A stretch of DNA of 64,000 nt, from the NCBI GenBank assembly GCA_963836185.1, contig CAWIIQ010000001.1, positions 1,280,001-1,344,000 on the forward strand. Reading direction: 5' to 3'. Positions 55,803 through 64,000 of the stretch are shown piece by piece. The translations under genes were made by a program, and so were the position numbers. The DNA is from Candidatus Krumholzibacteriia bacterium (GTDB taxonomy: Bacteria > Krumholzibacteriota > Krumholzibacteriia > Krumholzibacteriales > Krumholzibacteriaceae). Every line of letters begins with the position of its first letter. Positions within the stretch are counted from its first letter, which is position 1. The notes beneath the pieces were generated by a model. That model was not told the origin of the DNA. It did not search any database and saw only the letters and a program-made list of their open reading frames with translations.

Positions 55803-58334
55803 ATGAATTCCGTCAGAGTCACGGCCATTCTCACAGTCGTATTTTCCATTATGACGCTGATGCCGTCTGGAGCATCCGCACAGAGCGATCCGGCTATCGA
55901 ATACCTGCAGAGAGAGATAGATTCGAAAGGATACAACTGGACCGCGAAGAGAACATGGCTGACTGACCTGCCGGAAGAGGACCGCCTGAAGATGATCGGC
56001 GTCAATCTGCCCGAAGAGATGATCAAGAAGTTCGCGACCCTTCAAAAGAGGTTCGACGATGGTACACTCAGCATGCCGATGATGCCTGCTGCTCCGTCGA
56101 ACTGGGACTGGCGCGATCTCGGAGGCGTATCGGCTGTAACAAACCAGGGAGGGTGCGGGAGCTGCGCTATCTTTGCCGGTACGGCGGCCCTCGAATCGGT
56201 CGTCATGATCAACGAGGGGATCGAATACGACCTGGCCGAGCAGCAGATTCTCTCATGCAGGACCTGGGGATACGGATGCGAAGGAGCCTGGTACTCCTGG
56301 GGGTGGGACTACGTCCGCAGCAATGGCGCTGTGCTCGAGCCGTGCATGCCATACCAGGCGAACGACTCGATCCCCTGTGCCGACGATCCGTGCGATATCT
56401 ACGTCACCAACGGAGGGTGGGTCGATATCCCCAACGATGTCGAATCCATAAAGCAGCAGGTGATGATATCCCCGGTAGCGACGACATTCACCGTATATGG
56501 CGATTTCTATTCGTATGGCGGCGGGTGCTACGAGCACGCGGATACCGATCAGATCAACCACGCCGTTCTCATAGTCGGATGGGATGATGATCTCTGTGGA
56601 GGCGAGGGGGCCTGGCTCTGCAAGAACAGCTGGGGCGAAGGCTGGGGACTCGACGGCTTCTTCTGGATAAAGTACGGGACATGCAGAATCGGATACGCCA
56701 CTCAGCGGGTCCTCTACAACTCGGGGCTCGATGTATGGTACTCCGGCCATGAGATACTCGACGCTGGCGGTGACAGCGACGGCAGGGCAGATCCTGGCGA
56801 AAGTGTGGATATGCCTGTCACTCTCTGGTGCGATATTCTGTCGCCCGACAGGACAAGTGTCTCCGCGACTCTGTCGACTGCCGGCGGTCTTGTCGTGGTG
56901 ACACAGTCGACTGTGATGTACGGCGCGGTTCCGGCCGGATCCTCTTCATCGGGGACCGGTTACTTTGAATTCGACGTCGACCAGTTCGCCGTTCCCGGCG
57001 CCAGGATCGAATTTGTACTCGAGATAACAGCCGACGGCGGGTACTCGCACAATGATACCTTCGAGGTCAGTGTGGGAGATTGCCCTGTCCTCCTTGTCGA
57101 TGACGATGACGGCGCCCAGCTCGAACAGTTTTTCGAGACCTCGCTGCAGAATGACGGATATATTTACGAGGTCTGGGACGAGACAGCCAGCGGTTATATC
57201 GACGTGGCCGATTTATCGGGATACACAGCCGTCATCTGGCTTACAGGGGTCGGAGGCGATATCGAACCGCAGAATATAACGGCGATCGAGGGACTGCTGG
57301 ACGGTGGCGGCGCCCTGCTCATGACGGGACAGGATGTCGGCTGGCAGCTGAATGCGTACGGGGTCCCTGAGGATATAGTTTTCTATCACGATTATCTTCA
57401 TGCCGACTATATACATGACGACTCGGGGTTCCGGTCGCTCGCCGGAATACCCGGGGACGCTGTCGGCGATGGGCTGGCTTTCGATATAGGCGGAGGCGAT
57501 GGAAGCGGCACCCAGGATTATCCCAGTGAGATTGAGCCGCGAAGCAGCGCTCTCCCGGTACTCGAATATTCTCCCGGAGCGGAAGGTGCGCTGAGGTACG
57601 ACATCGGTCACAGGCTTGTATACCTTGCCTTCGGCTTCGAGGCTGTCAATACCCAGGCGGACAGGGATACCCTGATGTCGAGATGCCTCGAATGGCTAGC
57701 CGGCGGGACATGGCCCGACACCGCGCCGCCGATAGTCACGACCCTTTCCCCTGACGGGGGGGAAGAGTACTCGACTGGAGAGAATGTCACGATCTCGTGG
57801 ACAGCGGACGATAATGCCGGCGTCACAAGTATAGATATACTGCTGTCGATCGACGGAGGCATGACCTGGGATGAGACGATAGTGGAAGGGACCGTGAACG
57901 CCGGCGCCTATACCTGGGTCGCGTCCGACGGGGCGTCGAGTGAATGCAGGATACGCGTTATCGCCCGCGACGCCGCGGGGCTTGCCGCGTACGACGATTC
58001 CGATGCCGATTTCTCAAAGGGCTCTGCGACCGGTGGTCCCGACTCGCCCGATATAAGGGACTACTACCTCGCCCAGAATGTTCCTAACCCGTTCAATCCG
58101 GTCACGACGGTCCGGTTCGGGCTGCCTGTATCCTCGTCAGTATCCCTTCGTATTTATGATGCAGCCGGGAGGCTTGTCAGGGTACTGATCGAAGATCACC
58201 TTGAAGCGGGACACCACGAGACGGTCTGGGACGGCCTTGACAGGGTGGGCAGGCCAGTTGCCAGCGGAGTGTATTTCTGCCGCCTCGCGACAAATGCTTT
58301 CGCCGAAGAGAAAAAGATGATACTTTTAAGATGA
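55803..58334 (+). CDS. Secreted papain-family (C1A) cysteine peptidase with accessory Ig-like domains and a C-terminal FlgD-Ig/T9SS-like sorting domain
   Basis: Signal/propeptide, 'WDWR', 'QGGCGSC', 'NHAVLIVGW', 'KNSWG..WG.DGFF'. C-terminus 'QNVPNPFNP...IYDAAGRLV...WDG...SGVYF...KKMILLR'. Confidence 0.9.
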   Translation: MNSVRVTAILTVVFSIMTLMPSGASAQSDPAIEYLQREIDSKGYNWTAKRTWLTDLPEEDRLKMIGVNLPEEMIKKFATLQKRFDDGTLSMPMMPAAPSNWDWRDLGGVSAVTNQGGCGSCAIFAGTAALESVVMINEGIEYDLAEQQILSCRTWGYGCEGAWYSWGWDYVRSNGAVLEPCMPYQANDSIPCADDPCDIYVTNGGWVDIPNDVESIKQQVMISPVATTFTVYGDFYSYGGGCYEHADTDQINHAVLIVGWDDDLCGGEGAWLCKNSWGEGWGLDGFFWIKYGTCRIGYATQRVLYNSGLDVWYSGHEILDAGGDSDGRADPGESVDMPVTLWCDILSPDRTSVSATLSTAGGLVVVTQSTVMYGAVPAGSSSSGTGYFEFDVDQFAVPGARIEFVLEITADGGYSHNDTFEVSVGDCPVLLVDDDDGAQLEQFFETSLQNDGYIYEVWDETASGYIDVADLSGYTAVIWLTGVGGDIEPQNITAIEGLLDGGGALLMTGQDVGWQLNAYGVPEDIVFYHDYLHADYIHDDSGFRSLAGIPGDAVGDGLAFDIGGGDGSGTQDYPSEIEPRSSALPVLEYSPGAEGALRYDIGHRLVYLAFGFEAVNTQADRDTLMSRCLEWLAGGTWPDTAPPIVTTLSPDGGEEYSTGENVTISWTADDNAGVTSIDILLSIDGGMTWDETIVEGTVNAGAYTWVASDGASSECRIRVIARDAAGLAAYDDSDADFSKGSATGGPDSPDIRDYYLAQNVPNPFNPVTTVRFGLPVSSSVSLRIYDAAGRLVRVLIEDHLEAGHHETVWDGLDRVGRPVASGVYFCRLATNAFAEEKKMILLR

Positions 58335-58387
58335 CAGTCGTGGCCCCCTGCTGACTACCCCTGACAGATACGAGGAGGGGTTGTATC

Positions 58388-59077
58388 ATGCGGGACCTAT
58401 CAGGACCTTCGGTCGTGGTACGGACAGGGATCACTGCTGCGCTGCTTTTCACTGTGTTTTCATCGCAGGGCTGCCTGACCTATTCTTCCTATCAATCAGC
58501 GCGAATCGTCGAGCGCGGATACCCGCACGCCGTTGTCGGCATCACCAGAAGCGTTTCTCCCGGCACGGAAAAGTCTGACCGGGAAGTAAGCTGGTGGACC
58601 ATCGACGGGGATATGCGCTTCGGAATCGCGAGACGGATCGATGGGGCGGTCCGTGTCTCGGTGTTTCAGAATTTTGTTGAAGGCTTGGGTGGAGGTCAGA
58701 TCTCCGTGGACCTGCGCGGAGGAATAATCGAGGATCATATCGTGATAGTCATGCCGGCCACGGTGACCCTTGGTGATTTCTACTTTTACACGCTTCGGAT
58801 CCAGCCGGGATTCGTCGGTACGATCCCCCTTGGCAAGCAGCTGGAACTCAACGGTTCTGTCAGGGCCCATGTCTATCTCAGGGTGATGGAACTGTACGGA
58901 ATCGATTATACTCTGGGGCTGGGCATAACGACCCGGTCAGGTGAATGGACGATCCGACCCGAAGTCGGGTGGCTCCAGCTGGCAGGGCTTAACTCCGATT
59001 CAGCCTGTCTCCAGTACGGAGTAGGGATCGAGCACAACTTTATCACGGCGCCGACAGGATGTGAGGAGCTCCGTTAA
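58388..59077 (+). CDS. Hypothetical exported protein, possible small beta-barrel
   Basis: Lipobox-like 'SQGC', 'YQSAR', alternating strands, 'IRPEVG'. Confidence 0.6.
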   Translation: MRDLSGPSVVVRTGITAALLFTVFSSQGCLTYSSYQSARIVERGYPHAVVGITRSVSPGTEKSDREVSWWTIDGDMRFGIARRIDGAVRVSVFQNFVEGLGGGQISVDLRGGIIEDHIVIVMPATVTLGDFYFYTLRIQPGFVGTIPLGKQLELNGSVRAHVYLRVMELYGIDYTLGLGITTRSGEWTIRPEVGWLQLAGLNSDSACLQYGVGIEHNFITAPTGCEELR

Positions 59078-59198
59078 TTGATTGAAACTATCCCCTGACA
59101 TCTGTAGAATGGCCCGTAACAGGTGAAACCGCTTTACGGCTGTTGACGTAGAAGAGAGGTGCGTCGGGGCCGGGGTACGTACTTTTGGAGGTCAGTCT

Positions 59199-59657
59199 AT
59201 GCGCCGGGGATACTTCTGTATGACTCTTCTCGCAGTTTTCGTGATCACAGCCGGAGCCACCGCTCCGCTGCATGCCGGGGACGATGAGGCAGCGGTCAGG
59301 GAGACGATCATCAACGCTTACGTCAAGGGCATCCATATCGATCGGGATATCCCGGCGATAAGGAAGGGATTCCATCCCTCGTTTCTGATGTTCATCAGGA
59401 AAGGCGAGGAAGTAAATACTTTGTCATTAGACGACTGGGTGGAGGGGATCGAGCACAGCAAACAAAAGGACCCTGAAGGTCCGTCGTGGAAGGTGACCAG
59501 TGATATCCCGATGGTCAGCATATCGGGGGATGCCGCGGTCGCCAAGGTCATGATATACAGGGACGAGAAACTGATCTACAGCGACTATATGTCACTGTAC
59601 AAGTTCGATGACGGGTGGAAGATCGTAGGCAAGATCTATTACAGCCACAAGGATTAA
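59199..59657 (+). CDS. Exported NTF2-like (putative lumazine-binding family) protein
   Basis: Signal peptide, 'Y..G....D...IRKGFHP', 'GDAAVAKV', 'DYMSLYK...WKIVGK'. Confidence 0.85.
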   Translation: MRRGYFCMTLLAVFVITAGATAPLHAGDDEAAVRETIINAYVKGIHIDRDIPAIRKGFHPSFLMFIRKGEEVNTLSLDDWVEGIEHSKQKDPEGPSWKVTSDIPMVSISGDAAVAKVMIYRDEKLIYSDYMSLYKFDDGWKIVGKIYYSHKD

Positions 59658-59694
59658 GAACATCAGACGATCATTCTGTTTTTTAATCGCCGCC

Positions 59695-61227
59695 ATGATG
59701 CTGCTGCCGCTTTCGATCCCGGCTTCCGGGTCGGATAGTGCCGACGGCCTGGAGAGGGAACGCGAGGAGATAAAGCCGAAGGAGCTTACCGCCAGGGTCG
59801 ATCTGCCCTCCAGGGAGGTCCACTATGGTGGACTGATGATCGCGGCGGGCGATACGGTCTCCGGGCCCGTCATCGTGATCAAGGGTTCGCTCGACATCCA
59901 GGACGGTGGGGTCCTGACGGGAGATGCCTGGGTGATAAACGGCGATATGATCCTTACAGGTACCGCCGCCATCGTGGGAAAAGTCAACCTGGTAAACGGC
60001 TCCGACTATCTGTCGCACAAAGCGGGCATAGCTGGAGGCATCGTTTACTATCACAGCGAGTGCCGGCTGGACGACAAGAAATACGAGGATTCCGGAGAGG
60101 TCTCGTTCGTAAAGAAGGAAGATCCCAGAGTGGTCAGGACGAAGTTCGCCCACAAGCCCGGCAGGCCTTCGAGGGTCGACTACGAGATCGCCCGTCCAGG
60201 ATTCAAGCGCGAGAACGACAAGGCCAGGAAGCCGTACACGAAGGCATTCGGATATCTGCACGTACCGATCTGGAAGGATTCCGGTGGATTCCTCGGTTTC
60301 GACACGGGTATATCCTTTCCTCTCGCGGGCGACGATCTGAGGCTTGAAGTCAACGGGTTCAAGAGGACAGAGTCGAACGATACCTGGCAGACAGGGCGTC
60401 TCGAGAACGGTTTTATCGTCATGATGACGGCTGATGACTATCTTGACTACTGGGAACGAAGGGGAGGCGAGGCGGGGTTGAAATGGATCCTCTCAGAGCA
60501 TACGACTCTGGCTGGATTCGTATCATACCAGGAGGATGTATCCCTTGAGGCGATGAAGATCCCTTCGCTGCTGCGGGGCACTGACCGCTACCGGGAAAAT
60601 CCCGCTATAGATGACGGGGAGAGGCTCGCTGCGGCACTGCGATTCTGCTACGACGGCCGCGAGGACGAGGGGTGGCGCAGAAGCGCCTGGCGTTTCGACT
60701 TCTGGTTCGAGAAAGGATTCAGGACCGGCGCGGCTGATTTCTCTTACGAGGCTTTTGATATCGACCTGTCGAGGTACCAGTACATCGGCCGCCGTTCACA
60801 GGTGGGGCTGAGGGGCAAGGTCTTCTCGGCATTCAGCCCTGTACCGGGACAGTTGAGACGTACACTGACCGGATATGGTGGTGTCAGAGGGGCGAGAGAC
60901 ATACCGTTCCCAAATGAGAAGGGGGACCGGCTCGCGCTATTTTCGATCGAGGCCAGGACCAGGCTCCCCGATGTATGGGGGATAAGGTGGTTGTTTACAT
61001 CCTGGGACCTGCTGGTGTTCTCGGATATAGGACTCCTCGCCGATGCTGAAAACAAGGAATCACCCTTCGGTTTCTTCGAAACACCTTTCGAGGAGTGGAG
61101 GAAGACGGCAGGGCTGGGATTTTCAGGCCAGTCTTTTCTGCCGTACGTAGGATTCTATATCGCCCAGGATCTCGACAGGGACAAGTTCGAGCCGAGGGCG
61201 ATACTGAGATTCGAGCAATCGTTTTGA
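59695..61227 (+). CDS. Outer-membrane protein: bactofilin-like beta-helix N-domain plus Omp85/surface-antigen-like barrel
   Basis: 'GDTVSGPVIVIKGSLDI...LTGDAWVINGDM...IVGKV' repeats, amphipathic strands, 'GYGGVRG', 'FSDIG', terminal Phe ('LRFEQSF'). True start uncertain. Confidence 0.6.
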   Translation: MMLLPLSIPASGSDSADGLEREREEIKPKELTARVDLPSREVHYGGLMIAAGDTVSGPVIVIKGSLDIQDGGVLTGDAWVINGDMILTGTAAIVGKVNLVNGSDYLSHKAGIAGGIVYYHSECRLDDKKYEDSGEVSFVKKEDPRVVRTKFAHKPGRPSRVDYEIARPGFKRENDKARKPYTKAFGYLHVPIWKDSGGFLGFDTGISFPLAGDDLRLEVNGFKRTESNDTWQTGRLENGFIVMMTADDYLDYWERRGGEAGLKWILSEHTTLAGFVSYQEDVSLEAMKIPSLLRGTDRYRENPAIDDGERLAAALRFCYDGREDEGWRRSAWRFDFWFEKGFRTGAADFSYEAFDIDLSRYQYIGRRSQVGLRGKVFSAFSPVPGQLRRTLTGYGGVRGARDIPFPNEKGDRLALFSIEARTRLPDVWGIRWLFTSWDLLVFSDIGLLADAENKESPFGFFETPFEEWRKTAGLGFSGQSFLPYVGFYIAQDLDRDKFEPRAILRFEQSF

Positions 61228-61255
61228 CCGTATAAATAATAGCAAAAGGTATCAG

Positions 61256-62191
61256 GTGATGAGTGACAAGAAGATGGCGATGTTGAGGGTCGAGAAGCTC
61301 GAGAAGCGGTTCGGCCGGGTACACGCCCTCAAAGGTGTGGATATCGTTCTGGACAAGCCGGGCGTCTATGGATTCCTTGGCCCTAACGGAGCGGGAAAGA
61401 CCACGACCTTCAAGGTGATCGGCGGACTACTCAGGCCCACAGGTGGAACAGTGCTGATCGATGGTATCGATGTCAGGACCGATACGGCGAAGGCCGTTTC
61501 GAAGCTCGGCATCCTCTTCGATCAGCCCGCCTACTATCCTTTCCTTTCAGGGCGGGAGAATCTTTCCGTTTTCAACAGGTGGATGGGCCTCGATGATACG
61601 GAGCATGCCGACCGGCTCCTCGAAATGGTAGGTCTCGGTGGCGCCGGCAGCAGGAAAGCCGGGGGATATTCATGGGGAATGAAGAGGAGGCTGGGAATCG
61701 CCGCGGCGCTGCTTGGTGATCCGGCGATACTGCTCCTCGATGAGCCGACTAACGGGCTCGACCCGGCGGGGATCGCGGACATGAGAAAACTGCTGCCCCG
61801 CCTCGCTTGGGAAGAGAAGAGGACTGTCCTGCTTTCATCTCACAGGATGGAGGAGGTAACACAGATCTGCGATCATGTCACCATCATCAACAGGGGGGAG
61901 ATCGCGGCGGCCGGTACTCCGGCGGAACTATCCACCGGGATTCCATGGATAGAGATAGAACTGCCTGACGCTGACAGGGCCGTGAGATTACTCGAGGAAT
62001 CGGGAATGGCCGATGAGATAAAGCGCAGGAGCGCGTCTGTCGTGGAAATCATGGCGTCTGGAAAGACCGCTTCGTCGATAAATACCTTCCTCGTCGAAAA
62101 GGGCTTCGAAATCACCGGTATCCGCGAAAAAAGAGAATCACTGGAGGATATATTCTTCCGGCTGACGGGAGGGGGCGATGATGACAGGTGA
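61256..62191 (+). CDS. ABC transporter ATP-binding protein
   Basis: 'GPNGAGKTT', 'YSWGMKRRL', 'LLLDEPTNGLDP', 'SSH'. Confidence 0.95.
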   Translation: MMSDKKMAMLRVEKLEKRFGRVHALKGVDIVLDKPGVYGFLGPNGAGKTTTFKVIGGLLRPTGGTVLIDGIDVRTDTAKAVSKLGILFDQPAYYPFLSGRENLSVFNRWMGLDDTEHADRLLEMVGLGGAGSRKAGGYSWGMKRRLGIAAALLGDPAILLLDEPTNGLDPAGIADMRKLLPRLAWEEKRTVLLSSHRMEEVTQICDHVTIINRGEIAAAGTPAELSTGIPWIEIELPDADRAVRLLEESGMADEIKRRSASVVEIMASGKTASSINTFLVEKGFEITGIREKRESLEDIFFRLTGGGDDDR

Positions 62192-62990
62192 GATAAAAAA
62201 GGTGCTTCTCGCCGAAAAGGTCAAGCTTCGCAGGAAGAGGACGACATGGTTCGTACCCTCCGCAGTCGCTGTCATGGCACTGCTCGTTTTCATGGCGATC
62301 GCCTATGCCGCGTCGAGGGACTGGGCAGGTATTCCAAGCGGGTTCTATCTCGCTTCTTCGGCATCCGGATGGATGATAAATGTCACGGGGCTGCTCGCGA
62401 TGATAATCACATGTTTCCAGATATCGGGGGAGTTCGCCCTGGGTACGGTAAAACCGGCGTGGGTCAGAGGGCTGTCGAGACATGGATGGCTCTCGGGAAA
62501 GGTTGTTTCGGCCGCGATGGCTGTTACAGTCCTCTTCCTTATCATAATCGCGGTTTCGCTGGTAAGCGCCGGCGCCAGGTATGGATATACCGACCTGAAA
62601 GAGAAAGATTTTATAGTTCATACAGCATCCGCCCTGTGGAAGGGATATTTGGTCAGCGCGGCGCTGACGCTCTTTTCCCTCTGGGCCGTGGTTACGGTCA
62701 CGTCGATGCTGTCTGCCTGTTTCAACAGGCCCGGTTCGGCGATTGCAGTCGTTGTGCTGGTCGCCGTTGCTCTGACGGTAGTGGCTGTGTTCAAACCGGC
62801 GAGGCCGTTTCTTCTCACCTCTGCGATCAGCATGCCCTTTGAGCAGATGACGTCGATGTCGAAGGGGCTGCCGCTGCCGCTTGAATGGGGAGATCTCATA
62901 TGGAGGACCATCGCCTGCGCGGGAAGCTGGCTTGTACTGTCCTGCGCCGCAGGACACGCGATCATTGCGAGAAAGGAGATTACCTTCTAG
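62178..62990 (+). CDS. ABC-2 type transporter permease
   Basis: Six TM helices, 'GEFALGT', 'SR...L.GK'; overlaps the ATPase gene. Confidence 0.88.
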   Translation: MMTGEIKKVLLAEKVKLRRKRTTWFVPSAVAVMALLVFMAIAYAASRDWAGIPSGFYLASSASGWMINVTGLLAMIITCFQISGEFALGTVKPAWVRGLSRHGWLSGKVVSAAMAVTVLFLIIIAVSLVSAGARYGYTDLKEKDFIVHTASALWKGYLVSAALTLFSLWAVVTVTSMLSACFNRPGSAIAVVVLVAVALTVVAVFKPARPFLLTSAISMPFEQMTSMSKGLPLPLEWGDLIWRTIACAGSWLVLSCAAGHAIIARKEITF

Positions 62991-62999
62991 AAGGTCATC

Positions 63000-64000
63000 A
63001 TGAAGCATACAACACGAATAGTGAGTTCGATGGTGATTGCGGTCCTTGTCACTGCGGCCATACCATGTGTCGTCTTCGCCGAAGAGGAAGTCTTCAAACG
63101 ATCGACCCTGAGCGTTGCCGACAAGCTTTTGTATCTTGAGGCAGAGGACCTCAATCTCGACGGCCTGAAGGATATCCTCATAATACACCGTAAAGGACTG
63201 CAGCCGCTGGAGACGAAGTGGGTTTCGATATTCTGGCAGATGGAAGACGGCGGATTCTCTACTGCGGCTGATCAGTCGTGGGAGATCGATTCGCTGGCTA
63301 TCTCGATAGATATCGGTGATGTGGTGGGGGACGGGCGCAAGGAACTATGCATCCTTACGCCCACCGGAGTGGGCTATTATCCCATTGATGGCAATGTCTA
63401 CGAGATGACTCTCCGAGTGCTTCTCGAGACTGACGACCTGGCCGGACTGTTTCCATCTAAGAGGACCGTCCCGGTGATCGATTTTGTCAAGGACTGGAAC
63501 GGCGACGGCCGCGATGAGGTCGCCGTATTCAAGTTCAACGGTCTGTCGATCTTTCATCCCGACTCTTCCGGGGCATATTCGATAGAGAACGCGCTGGAAA
63601 TGGAACTGAGGACGGCCATAGGCAGGGTCGTGTCTGAAGGAGAAATGAATCAGACTCCCGGTCTTTATATGGCCTATTCATTCCCCTCGATGAAACTTCT
63701 CGATTTCGACGGGGACGGGTTTGACGATCTGTGTGCCACCAGGCAGGGGTGGGTAAGGGTCTACAGGCGAAATCCGGACGGCTTTTTCGAAGCAAAACCT
63801 GTGATAGATCATTACTTCGATGTGCTCACTCAGAAAGAGAAGATCGAGGGGATAGCGAATGTCCAGACTCTCGTATACGACCTGAACAATGACGGTATGG
63901 GCGACGCTATCGTGACAAAGCAGACGGCTAAAGGGCTCTCCAATTTCAGGGGAGTGATCAATATCTTCAACGGCAGTCCTGAGGGATTCTCTGAAACTCC
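63000..64000 (+). CDS. Secreted FG-GAP/VCBS-repeat beta-propeller protein (runs off the window end)
   Basis: ATG at 63000 (MKHTTRIVSSMVIAVLVTAA...). Repeats DLNLDGLKDI, DVVGDGRKEL, DWNGDGRDEV, DFDGDGFDDL, DLNNDGMGDA. Absent from the ORF track because it has no stop in the window. Confidence 0.85.
   Translation, partial: MKHTTRIVSSMVIAVLVTAAIPCVVFAEEEVFKRSTLSVADKLLYLEAEDLNLDGLKDILIIHRKGLQPLETKWVSIFWQMEDGGFSTAADQSWEIDSLAISIDIGDVVGDGRKELCILTPTGVGYYPIDGNVYEMTLRVLLETDDLAGLFPSKRTVPVIDFVKDWNGDGRDEVAVFKFNGLSIFHPDSSGAYSIENALEMELRTAIGRVVSEGEMNQTPGLYMAYSFPSMKLLDFDGDGFDDLCATRQGWVRVYRRNPDGFFEAKPVIDHYFDVLTQKEKIEGIANVQTLVYDLNNDGMGDAIVTKQTAKGLSNFRGVINIFNGSPEGFSET

Noticed and set aside
59658-59694. Stop-codon read-through joining the NTF2-like gene to the OM protein (same frame, hydrophobic codons before the first ATG)
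   Set aside because: More simply a signal peptide with a non-ATG or mis-called start; there is no evidence for recoding
1-64000. rRNA, tRNA, prophage or defence genes
   Set aside because: None recognised by eye; intergenic spaces are short and no hallmark proteins were seen. A covariance-model scan would be needed to exclude small ncRNAs

Overview
GC-rich window from a diderm bacterium. The FlgD-Ig/T9SS-like C-terminal domains, PorV-like barrels and a C-terminal 'SWGxI(K/R)' tail suggest an FCB-group candidate lineage such as Krumholzibacteriota or a relative (inference). The first 25.6 kb is one co-directional, tightly packed operon closed by a clear intrinsic terminator. It encodes: a 5371-aa Ig-repeat surface protein with 6.5 identical 606-bp repeats and a C-terminal sorting domain; a PorV-family outer-membrane barrel fused to TPRs; a ~1450-aa membrane protein combining an RsbW-type kinase, a sensor domain, HAMP, a SpoIIE/PP2C phosphatase, a transposase-like HTH pair and three STAS domains; an orphan ParA; a TPR protein; and two free STAS proteins. 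This is the best candidate for an undescribed trans-envelope surface-sensing/partner-switching system. The rest of the window holds a second secreted-substrate/barrel cluster, metabolic genes (aminotransferase, arcC, LarA family, two Tat-exported aldo/keto reductases, DDAH-like enzyme, purD, purE, tsaC, alkaline phosphatase), two small XRE cassettes with visible operators, and secreted or envelope proteins. Many genes are split by single-base insertions that look like sequencing errors; I merged them by reading across frames. I saw no rRNA, tRNA, CRISPR array or intact mobile element.
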